NCBI GenBank assembly: GCA_045659535.1
Contig: JAZOXC010000082.1
Span: 1 to 60,350 of the forward strand
Direction: 5' to 3'
Origin: Acutalibacteraceae bacterium
GTDB lineage: Bacteria > Bacillota > Clostridia > Oscillospirales > Acutalibacteraceae
DNA: 60,350 bases
Positions 1 through 8,380 of the stretch are shown here, piece by piece. The notes under the pieces are model-generated. The model was not told where the DNA came from. It worked only from the letters and a program-made list of their open reading frames with translations, and ran no database searches. Positions within the stretch are counted from its first letter, which is position 1. Every line of letters starts with the position of its first letter. A program made the translations under genes and the position numbers.

Positions 1-1
1 C

Positions 2-904
2 GTTTTAACCTCCGCAAATGTTGGCAGGCGCGATGCAGGAGATCCTTATATCATCTATGAGGGCGGCATGTATTACTATTGCTATACCTCCGATTGCGAA
101 CTTTTTATTTCGCGCTTTAAAAACCTCGAGGATATCGAAAAAGGCGAGGTTTTAAAGATATATGACAAAGAAAAGCAGGGAGATCTTGGCTCTTGGTTTG
201 CCCCCGAGCTCCATAAAATAGGCGACCGTTGGTATGTTTATGCCGCCCCCGGCTGCAAGGGGAATATAGGTTGCCATAGTATGCATGTTTTGTGCTCAAA
301 AACCGAGGATATTTTCGGCGAATATGAGTTTTTGGGCAATATGCATGGGCTCGAAAATAAATGGGCGATTGATGGAACAATTTTCACCCATGAGGGCAAG
401 CTTTATATGGCGGGTTCTTGGGATGGTATAACCATAGTTGAGCTGTCCGACCCCATGACTTTATCGCAAAATTCCGCCTCTGTAGCGAATGCGGATCTCG
501 ATTGGGAAAGGCAAATGAACCCCGTTATTGAGGGCTCTTTTATGCTCAAAAAAGGCAAATATATTCATATGCTTTATTCGGCATCAGATTGTCGAAGCCA
601 GCATTATTGCCTCGGTCTTTTGACCTATTCGGGCGGCGATATTTTAGATAAAAACTCCTGGAAAAAGAGCGAAAAACCCCTCTTCTCGATGGCGAACGGA
701 GTCTATGGACCGGGTCATTGTTCGGTGGTAAAAACCCCCGAAGGCGATGATATTTTGGTGTATCATGCCCGACTTTACGGCGATAACGAGAATGGAACAA
801 ACGTTGAAAACAACTGGTCCTCGCGTGAAGTTTTTTATGGAAAAATCGAGTGGGAAAACGACTATCCCGTGCTCGGCGAACCTCTGATGGAGGTCGAAAT
901 TTAA
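2..904 (+). CDS. Glycoside hydrolase family 43 protein (arabinofuranosidase/xylosidase-type beta-propeller), 5' end cut by the window edge
   Basis: Frame 2 is open from nt 2 (...DAGDPYIIYEGGMYYY precedes the ORF-track Met at 68). GH43-type blade motifs WFAPELHKIGDRWYVYAA, DGTIFTHEGKLYM, EGSFMLKKGKYIHMLYSA and GPGHCSVV are present. Stop is TAA at 902-904. Confidence 0.85.
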   Translation, partial: VLTSANVGRRDAGDPYIIYEGGMYYYCYTSDCELFISRFKNLEDIEKGEVLKIYDKEKQGDLGSWFAPELHKIGDRWYVYAAPGCKGNIGCHSMHVLCSKTEDIFGEYEFLGNMHGLENKWAIDGTIFTHEGKLYMAGSWDGITIVELSDPMTLSQNSASVANADLDWERQMNPVIEGSFMLKKGKYIHMLYSASDCRSQHYCLGLLTYSGGDILDKNSWKKSEKPLFSMANGVYGPGHCSVVKTPEGDDILVYHARLYGDNENGTNVENNWSSREVFYGKIEWENDYPVLGEPLMEVEI

Positions 905-972
905 GCTTTGTGAAAAAGCCTTAAAACAGTCTAAAAACCATCAGTTTCTGCTCTTCTCCAAACTCGTGAAAT

Positions 973-995
973 CCGCTTGTGAAGCGGGTTTTCGC
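973..995 (+). terminator. Weak hairpin plus short U-tract downstream of the GH43 gene
   Basis: CCGCTT(973-978)/AAGCGG(982-987) with a 3-nt loop, followed by GTTTT. The stem is short, so the call is marginal. Confidence 0.3.
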
Positions 996-1195
996 GCGGT
1001 TTGCCCATTTTTGGGGAACGGGGTGGGAGAATTTGTTTTTGCTTTATAATTCAGCGGTCAAAAACGGATTCGAAAATCGGTCGATTCGTGATACTTTTTG
1101 TCGCAGTGATAGGATGCAGGGAAGAATAACTCCCCCGCGACGAAATTCGCGGAAATGTTCTAATTTTTTGCAAAAAGGGAACAATTAAGAAACAT

Positions 1196-1236
1196 ACGGC
1201 ACCGTGTATAAACGGTGCCGTTTTTCTATTTTTTTA
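1196..1236 (+). terminator. Rho-independent terminator
   Basis: Perfect 10-bp stem ACGGCACCGT(1196-1205)/ACGGTGCCGT(1212-1221) with a 6-nt loop, followed by TTTTTCTATTTTTTT. Confidence 0.8.
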
Positions 1237-1370
1237 CCACTTAAACGAGTTCCTCTGCCTTTTTTACCAGGCAAAGTAAAATTTTGCTATATTTTTCTCA
1301 AAAAAACCAAAAAAGGGGCATTTTTTGGGCAAAATGCAAGGGTCAGGACCAAATAGGTAAAGATTTAGTA

Positions 1371-1399
1371 GTGCATTTTTAACAAACTGCTATTATAAT
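1371..1399 (+). promoter_or_regulatory. Candidate sigma-A promoter for the long plus-strand operon
   Basis: GTGCAT(1371-1376), 17-nt spacer, TATAAT(1394-1399), about 35 nt upstream of the RBS and ATG at 1433. Confidence 0.35.
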
Positions 1400-1432
1400 A
1401 TATAAAAATATATTTTATCTTGGGGGATTATT

Positions 1433-2101
1433 ATGCAAATTTCGAGAAAGGCGAAACCGATATTGCTCTCGGCTGCGATACTCTTGCTGGCCGTAACCAT
1501 AGTTTTGGTAATCGTTTTATCGGCTAAACCCGAAAAGATTACCGACCCTGCCAAATTCGCAGGCGATCATGGTGTTTATGTTATCGCAAATGGTTCGTAT
1601 GACCAGGCGGGCAGCATTGTGCTTAAATCGGTTGCCGATGGCGATAATGGTTGGAAGCAGTTCGTTTTCTCCCTGGCCCCCTCCGCCAAGATAAATGATC
1701 TTTATATCCTCCCCTTAAAGGCGGGGATATCGGTAGATGAGGTTTTCCTCTTTGATGGCAGCATTGATGCTTCGCTTCAAAGCCAGTTTGCAAAACCGGT
1801 TGCAAAGGCAAACTTTGATTCTATCGATTCGCCCGGCCCGGGCTACGGTTTCGAGCTCAGCGAGGAAGCTATCGAAGGTAAAGGCAAATGCATTAAAGCC
1901 GCCGATACCGCAAGCAAAATCCTTTATTTCATAAAGGGCGGCAAAGCGGTTGATAGCATAGTATACGAGGGCGATGTATCGCTTGCGTGTGAGAGCTATG
2001 AGCTTTCGATTTGGGTTAAATACGAATGGTCGGGTATCGACTATGATAATTTGTTCTACATTGGCGTAAACGAAGTAGAAAGTGAAACTACCGCAGAATA
2101 G
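1433..2101 (+). CDS. Single-pass membrane-anchored protein of unknown function
   Basis: RBS GGGGGA precedes the ATG. N-terminal hydrophobic helix is PILLSAAILLLAVTIVLVIVLSA. First gene of the tightly spaced operon. I recognise no family motif. Confidence 0.6.
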   Translation: MQISRKAKPILLSAAILLLAVTIVLVIVLSAKPEKITDPAKFAGDHGVYVIANGSYDQAGSIVLKSVADGDNGWKQFVFSLAPSAKINDLYILPLKAGISVDEVFLFDGSIDASLQSQFAKPVAKANFDSIDSPGPGYGFELSEEAIEGKGKCIKAADTASKILYFIKGGKAVDSIVYEGDVSLACESYELSIWVKYEWSGIDYDNLFYIGVNEVESETTAE

Positions 2102-2112
2102 GGGTGTAGTAA

Positions 2113-4230
2113 TTGCGAAACATAAGTAAATTCTTTAAAGTGCTTGTTTTCACTATGGTTGCAATAATGGTTTTCTCGGTTTCGGCATCAGCTCTACCGC
2201 AATTAACCGCACCATATGATGGATACGAATATGATGGCTACAAAACCTCCCACGAAGCCCCGATAACCTACCTTACCCAGGGCTCGATCAACTCGAACGA
2301 CCTAGGGCTCGAGCTTCCCCTCGCAGCTCCCTCGGATATGGTTTATGATGGCAAGGATTCGCTCTATGTTCTCGATACCGAGAATGGCAGAATCGTAGTG
2401 CTCAGCGCGTCTGATTATTCGGTTAAGGCAATCTATGATGATTTCCTTGATAAGGATGGCAACCCGATAAGCTTTGTCGGTGCAACCGGCATGGATATCG
2501 GCAGCGATGGCAGCATCTACATAGCCGATACCAAAAATCTTCGCATCCTCGTTTTTGATAAGGAGCGCAAATTAAAGCTAACCATCAACCGCCCCGATGA
2601 GGCCTTGGCAGGAACCGAAACTCCCTTTGATGTAACCAAGGTTATGATAGGCAACGATGGAACCATCTATGTTATCTGTAAATCGATCAATACCGGTATC
2701 CTAACCTTCACTCAGTCGGGTGAATTCAAGGTTTTCTACGGCAGCAATACCGTTGAGGCTACCGCCGATGTTATCAAGCAGTTCTTCTACAATAAGTTCT
2801 TAACCCGCGCTCAGCGAGCCGCAAGAAGAAGCATAACTCCTACCAACTTCGCAAACATGACCCTCGATGGTAACAACTTTATCTATACCGTTAAGGCCGA
2901 CCGCTTTATATTCGGTTCGAGCGATGTTGTTCAGTGCTTAAACTATACCGGTAAGAGCAATCTGAATTCCGATGTTAAATTCGGTGAAACCGAAAACGAC
3001 TCTTATTCGCATTATTGGCAGCGCCTTAATAACTGCTTTACCGATATCGATATCGACTATGAGGGCATGATAAATGTTCTCGACTCGGAATACGGCAGAG
3101 TTTATCAGTATACCGTTGATGGCGACTTCATCGGCGCGGTAGGCGGCAAGGGCGACTACCACGGTATGATGGGCAACGCAACCGCCATCGAAACAGTTAA
3201 AGGCAAAATCCTTGTTTTGGATGCCGCTAAAAACTGTATCCATATTTATGCACCTACCGAATATGGTCTTGCCCTTCGCGAAGCCTTCCTCCTCGGCGAT
3301 TCTACCGATTTGGATGCCCGTGAGGCAGCATGGGAGCATGTTCTTATCCTCAACTCAAACAGCACCTATCCCTATTATGGCTTAGCCCTCGTTTATGATG
3401 AGCGCGGCGATTATAAGGAGGCTATGGATTACTTCCAGATAGCCGGTGCGCAGGATGAATATTCAAAATCCTTCAAACAGTATAGAAAGCAGGCAATGGC
3501 CGAAAATATTCTTTGGATAATCTTGGTTATTGTTGCTATTGTTGCTGTTATCATCGTTTTAAAGAAGCTCTTCAGAAGCAAGATGAAGGTGGTAGAGGGA
3601 ACCGCATATTCCTCCCTCGAGAGCAAATGGGGTCTCCCGATATATACCCTGTTCCATCCGGTTGATTCCTTCGATCAGTTCAAGGATCGCAAAACCGAAT
3701 CGCCGCTTATCGCTTCGGGAATCGTTATTGCTTGGTTCGTAATCGATACCCTCGCATTCTTCTGCACAGGCTTCTCATTCAGCACCGCCCGAGTTACCGA
3801 TTTCAATCTGCTTATCGAGATATTCAAAACCTTTGGTATCTTCATTCTCTTTGTTTCGGCAAACTGGTCGATGTGTACCCTCTGCAACGGCAAGGGAACC
3901 TTTAAAGAAATCTATTGTGCAATCGCTTATGCACTTATTCCGTATGTTATCTCGATCGGAATCTCGGCAGCCCTCAGTAATGTTCTAACCGGTAGCGAAG
4001 GCGTATTCATGACCCTTATAACCTCGGTTGGCCTGCTCTGGACCCTCGCTATCGGTGCTTTCGCACTTATAACACTCCATGAGTATTCCTTCGGCAAAAT
4101 GGTAGCATCCGTATTCTTAACAATTCTTGCAATGGCTGTTATAGGCTTCCTTTTAGCCTTGTTCTATACCCTTATGCTTCAGGTATGGCAGTTTGCAAGC
4201 TCCATAATGCAGGAAATCCAAATCAGATAA
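2113..4230 (+). CDS. NHL-repeat beta-propeller / TPR-like / Yip1-type multipass membrane fusion protein
   Basis: TTG start with GGGGTG RBS and signal/anchor VLVFTMVAIMVFSVSASA. About six NHL-like blades (SLYVLDTENGRIVVL, GSIYIADTKNLRILVFD, GMINVLDSEYGRVYQY, GKILVLDAAKNCIHIY). A TPR-like segment (YGLALVYDERGDYKEAMDYFQIAG) is followed by one TM and about five more in a Yip1-like C-terminal domain. Confidence 0.75.
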   Translation: MRNISKFFKVLVFTMVAIMVFSVSASALPQLTAPYDGYEYDGYKTSHEAPITYLTQGSINSNDLGLELPLAAPSDMVYDGKDSLYVLDTENGRIVVLSASDYSVKAIYDDFLDKDGNPISFVGATGMDIGSDGSIYIADTKNLRILVFDKERKLKLTINRPDEALAGTETPFDVTKVMIGNDGTIYVICKSINTGILTFTQSGEFKVFYGSNTVEATADVIKQFFYNKFLTRAQRAARRSITPTNFANMTLDGNNFIYTVKADRFIFGSSDVVQCLNYTGKSNLNSDVKFGETENDSYSHYWQRLNNCFTDIDIDYEGMINVLDSEYGRVYQYTVDGDFIGAVGGKGDYHGMMGNATAIETVKGKILVLDAAKNCIHIYAPTEYGLALREAFLLGDSTDLDAREAAWEHVLILNSNSTYPYYGLALVYDERGDYKEAMDYFQIAGAQDEYSKSFKQYRKQAMAENILWIILVIVAIVAVIIVLKKLFRSKMKVVEGTAYSSLESKWGLPIYTLFHPVDSFDQFKDRKTESPLIASGIVIAWFVIDTLAFFCTGFSFSTARVTDFNLLIEIFKTFGIFILFVSANWSMCTLCNGKGTFKEIYCAIAYALIPYVISIGISAALSNVLTGSEGVFMTLITSVGLLWTLAIGAFALITLHEYSFGKMVASVFLTILAMAVIGFLLALFYTLMLQVWQFASSIMQEIQIR

Positions 4231-4243
4231 AGGAGGACACATA

Positions 4244-6466
4244 ATGAAAATTAAATCCATAATCAGCAGCATTTTATGTGTCGCTCTTTTGCTTTCCATG
4301 GTGCTAACGGTTGGGGCCGCCCCGACCGAGGGTGCCGCCGATACCTTCATTCTCGGCGAAACCACCTACGAAAAGGTTTCCGAAAACTCGCATAACGTTC
4401 TCTATATCGATAGAGAAACAGGAAACGTTGTTGTAAAAAATCTTGCCAGCGGAAATGTTTTCTGCTCGGCTCCTTCGGATGAGGTTAGCGATAAGAATTC
4501 GGTTGGTATCGAAAAAACAAGCATAAAATCGCCCCTCGTTATCGAATACATATATAGCGAGAAAGCAAATGCAACCGATATTTCGGGCCTCGAGAAAACC
4601 AATACCGTTGAGGAATGCAGCGAGGGTGATATCACCATCGAAAAAATTGAAAACGGTGTTAAGGTTACCTTCTCGATTGCTTGGCTTGGAGTAACCATCC
4701 CGGTTGAATATGTTTTGGATGGCGATCAGTTCAAGGCATCCATCCTCTATGATGAACTCGTTGAGGGCTCGGATATCCTCATCATCTATATCAAGCTTTT
4801 GCCCGGCTTCGGCGCAGCAAAAATGGATGATGAAGGCTATATAGTAGTGCCCGATGGAAGCGGCGCAGTCATCAACTTTAATAATGGCTCGGGTGTTTCC
4901 GAATATGTTGGAAATGTATATGGAACCGAGTTGAACCCGCTCACATATATAGATAAATATCGCGGCGAGAGAATTCATCTCCCGATTTTCGGAATCGTTA
5001 ATTCCGATCGCGCACTCCTTGGTGTTATAACCGAAGGCGATGATAGCGCAGCCATCTGTGCATATTCCGCAGCAGCCAAAAAATATGGCTATAACGCAGC
5101 CTCCGCCAAGGCTATATACCGCGCCAATTCTCCGGTTTCCATGTTCGGAACCTCTTGGGAGGGTCAGAACGTAAGCAACTGGTCGAAGGTTGCAGGTACC
5201 GGCAAGTTTACCGTTAGCTATTTCTTCCTCGGAGCCGAAAAAGCATCCTATCAGGGCATCGCTTCGGCATATCAGGAATACCTTGTTGCCGAGGGTGTTC
5301 TAAAGAAGAACCAAAATAAGCCCTCGCTTCATCTTGATGTTTACCATAGCATTGATAAAATAACCGCTGCGCTCGGCTTTAAGTATAACGAGCAGATATC
5401 GTTAACTACCTATGACGATGTTAAAAAGATTCTCGAGCAGCTCAAGTCCGCGGGTGTAAACGATGTTACCGCCGAGCTTATCGGTTGGGGTAATACAGGT
5501 GTTACCAATGATGAGCTTCCCTCGGGTGTTGATCATCTTTCAAATGTTGGCGGCGGAAAAGGCTTCTCGGGTCTTAAGACCTATGCGGCAGAATCGGGAG
5601 CAACCCTAATAGCAAACTCCGATTTCGTTTATGCAAGAGAAATAAGCAATTCCAATTCTATAAGAACCCATTTCAACAAGGTTATGTATAAATACTTGTA
5701 TCGCAATTCGGTTTATACCGAGCGCCGCGATACAGCCCGCCGAATAGCAACCGCCGATCGCTTCCAGTCTTCGGCTCTCGCATTCCTCGATTCCTATGCT
5801 TCGATGGAACTCGATGCTATCTCGATGGATACCCTTGGCGAATATTTCTATACTAACTTCACCAAGAAGGGTCTTCAGAATAAGCAGTACCTTGTTGGCA
5901 AGGTAAAGGAAACCTTGGCAGCCTATAAAGAAGCAGGCTATAAGATTTCTATTGCAGGCGCAAACGCATATACCTTTGCGTATGTTGATATCGTAACCGC
6001 AGCTCCGATCGGCTCCAGCTGCTACGAGATGTTCGATTATGATATCCCGCTTTATCAGCTTGTACTGCATGGTTATGTAACCGTTACAACCGAGTCGCTC
6101 CCGCAAACCATCGATGAGGAATTAACCTATCTTTGGGCGGTTTCGACCGGAACCGAGCCGATGTATAATACCATCGCCCAGGAAGCCAGCATACTCCAGG
6201 AAACAACCTACGACTACCTCTATAGCTCGACCTTTAATTGGTGGAAAGATGAGGCAGTAGAGAAATACACCGAGTATTCAAAACTTCTAAACCTTATCTA
6301 TGATAAAAAGATAGTTGGATATACCGAGGTATTACCCAATGTAGTAAAAACCGAGTATGAAAATGGCCCAACCGTGTTTGTTAACTATACCGACACTGAG
6401 GTAACTGTTGATGGACATAAGGTTCCCGCTAAAGGCTATGTGTGGTTTGGGGAGGATAACGAATGA
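4244..6466 (+). CDS. Secreted 740-aa protein of unknown function
   Basis: RBS AAAGGAGG and signal peptide ILCVALLLSMVLTVGAAP. The stop overlaps the next start (ATGA at 6463-6466). From memory, proteins in this genomic context are annotated DUF5696; I could not verify this. Confidence 0.7.
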   Translation: MKIKSIISSILCVALLLSMVLTVGAAPTEGAADTFILGETTYEKVSENSHNVLYIDRETGNVVVKNLASGNVFCSAPSDEVSDKNSVGIEKTSIKSPLVIEYIYSEKANATDISGLEKTNTVEECSEGDITIEKIENGVKVTFSIAWLGVTIPVEYVLDGDQFKASILYDELVEGSDILIIYIKLLPGFGAAKMDDEGYIVVPDGSGAVINFNNGSGVSEYVGNVYGTELNPLTYIDKYRGERIHLPIFGIVNSDRALLGVITEGDDSAAICAYSAAAKKYGYNAASAKAIYRANSPVSMFGTSWEGQNVSNWSKVAGTGKFTVSYFFLGAEKASYQGIASAYQEYLVAEGVLKKNQNKPSLHLDVYHSIDKITAALGFKYNEQISLTTYDDVKKILEQLKSAGVNDVTAELIGWGNTGVTNDELPSGVDHLSNVGGGKGFSGLKTYAAESGATLIANSDFVYAREISNSNSIRTHFNKVMYKYLYRNSVYTERRDTARRIATADRFQSSALAFLDSYASMELDAISMDTLGEYFYTNFTKKGLQNKQYLVGKVKETLAAYKEAGYKISIAGANAYTFAYVDIVTAAPIGSSCYEMFDYDIPLYQLVLHGYVTVTTESLPQTIDEELTYLWAVSTGTEPMYNTIAQEASILQETTYDYLYSSTFNWWKDEAVEKYTEYSKLLNLIYDKKIVGYTEVLPNVVKTEYENGPTVFVNYTDTEVTVDGHKVPAKGYVWFGEDNE

Positions 6467-7386
6467 AGATGAGAAAAAGCAAATTAAGTCTTGCAACCCG
6501 TGAATCGCTGAAGGGTCATATCTTCTTAATCCCCTTTTATATCGGACTTCTTGTTTTCTTTGCAGGTCCTCTTATTCAGTCGATTCAGTTTGCGTTCCAA
6601 AGCGTTAACCCGCAGGTTGGTTATTATGAGGTAACCAATGTTGGAGATTATAACTTCAACTACATATTCAATCAGGATGCAAACTTTAAAATCAACCTCA
6701 TAGAATCGCTCACAACCCTTGCTTGGAAGCTTCCCGTAATCTTTGTTTCCAGCCTTTTCTTTGCGATTCTCATAAACCGAAAATTCCATGGTAGAGTTTT
6801 TGTTCGTGCTGTATTCTTCCTTCCGGTTATCATAGCATCCGGCTTGGTTATGAATGTTATCCAGGGCGACCAAATCGCAGGTGCGGCTCTATCGGGAAGT
6901 TCGGTAGCGGGCGGGGAAATTTCGCAGAGTACCGCGCTATCGAATGTGCTTTCGGGAATTGGTCTTAGCGATGGCATCATCGGAACCATAACAACCATAA
7001 CCGACAGCATGTTCAGTACCATTTGGCAAACCGGCGTTCAAACTGTTATATTCCTCGCAGGTCTTCAGGGAATCCCCTCGAGCCTATATGAGGCTTCGGC
7101 GGTTGAGGGCGCTACCGCTTGGGAAGATTTTTGGAAGATAACCCTCCCGATGATACTTCCCATATCACTTGTTAACATTGTTTATACAATAGTTGACTTC
7201 CTTGTTAATACCGAAAACCCCGTTATGATTCAGGTTCTAAACGATACAAACAATGCTCGTTACGGAACCGCATCCGCAATGGCATGGTCGTATTTCTTGA
7301 TCATAGCGGTTATATTGGTGGTTATCATGCTCTTGTTTGGTAAGATAACTGCTGCAAGCACCGGCGGTAAGGAGGCGAAGAGATAA
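6463..7386 (+). CDS. Carbohydrate ABC transporter permease (MalF/LplB-like)
   Basis: Six predicted TM helices. Permease loop is LYEASAVEGATAWEDFWKITLPM. Translationally coupled to both neighbours. Confidence 0.85.
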   Translation: MKMRKSKLSLATRESLKGHIFLIPFYIGLLVFFAGPLIQSIQFAFQSVNPQVGYYEVTNVGDYNFNYIFNQDANFKINLIESLTTLAWKLPVIFVSSLFFAILINRKFHGRVFVRAVFFLPVIIASGLVMNVIQGDQIAGAALSGSSVAGGEISQSTALSNVLSGIGLSDGIIGTITTITDSMFSTIWQTGVQTVIFLAGLQGIPSSLYEASAVEGATAWEDFWKITLPMILPISLVNIVYTIVDFLVNTENPVMIQVLNDTNNARYGTASAMAWSYFLIIAVILVVIMLLFGKITAASTGGKEAKR

Positions 7387-7387
7387 T

Positions 7388-8350
7388 ATGAAATTTTTTA
7401 AAGCCTCTCAAAAGGTAAGTCCGATTGTGCTTAAGCGCCGTTCAACAGCCTTTGTTATAGGTGTTATAAGAGCACTGTTTATTATCGGTCTTTGCTACCT
7501 CTTCCTTTTCCCGGTTGTTTATATGATAGTAACCGCGCTTCAGGATCCTGCATTTGCAAACGATCCTTCATCCATCTGGATTCCCAAGAAATTTTCGCTT
7601 GTTGCGATAAAGGGAGCAATGAAAGCGCTCAATTTCTGGCCCTCGCTCGGAATGACCGCGAGAATCTCGATACTAAGTACTATAGCTTCGCTTTTCTCCT
7701 GCTCACTCGCGGGTTACGGACTTGCCAGATTCAAGCTTCCCGGCAAGAAAATAGTTATGGCGCTTCTGTTCTTAACTATTCTCGTTCCGCCTCAGCTGCT
7801 GCTTACCGCGCAGTATGTTAATTTCCGTTATTTCGATTTCGGTGGATTGCTTAGCATCTTCGGAGCCGATGTTTCGCTCCTTGATTCCGAGCTTTCGTTC
7901 GTGCTTCCCGCCATATTCGCAAACGGACTTCGCGGCGGATTATTCATCTTTATCTTTAAGCAGTTCTTCGAGGGTCTGCCAAAAGACCTTGAAGAAGCAG
8001 GAAAAATTGATGGTAGCGGAACCTTTAGAACCTATTTCAGCATTATGCTTCCGCTCGCAGTTCCCGCTTTTATAACCGTTTTGCTCTTCTCCTTTATCTG
8101 GCATTGGAACGATTACTACAGCGCCGCGGTTTATTTCACCGGCGATGTTCGTCCTTTGAATGTTATGCTAAAGGGATTGCAGTCGGCCCTTGAGCAGGGA
8201 ACTATCATCGCCAACGATGCAACGGCTATGGAAAGCCGAATGTATCTGCAGGCGGGCGCACTTTTAACTATTTTGCCACCTCTCGTTATTTACATTTTCA
8301 CGCAAAAATACTTTACCGAAGGCATCGAGCGTACCGGTATAGTAGGCTAA
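7388..8350 (+). CDS. Carbohydrate ABC transporter permease (MalG/LplC-like)
   Basis: EAA-type loop LEEAGKIDGSGTFRTYFSIMLPLAVP in a multipass membrane protein. Gap to the upstream permease is 1 nt. Confidence 0.85.
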   Translation: MKFFKASQKVSPIVLKRRSTAFVIGVIRALFIIGLCYLFLFPVVYMIVTALQDPAFANDPSSIWIPKKFSLVAIKGAMKALNFWPSLGMTARISILSTIASLFSCSLAGYGLARFKLPGKKIVMALLFLTILVPPQLLLTAQYVNFRYFDFGGLLSIFGADVSLLDSELSFVLPAIFANGLRGGLFIFIFKQFFEGLPKDLEEAGKIDGSGTFRTYFSIMLPLAVPAFITVLLFSFIWHWNDYYSAAVYFTGDVRPLNVMLKGLQSALEQGTIIANDATAMESRMYLQAGALLTILPPLVIYIFTQKYFTEGIERTGIVG

Positions 8351-8380
8351 TAAAAGTTTTTGCAACAGGAGGAAAAACTT

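Noticed and set aside
979-1188. 69-aa ORF in the GH43/operon intergenic region
   Set aside because: It has a GTG start without an RBS and an Arg/Cys/Phe-rich product with no features. The region is better explained as structured non-coding RNA.
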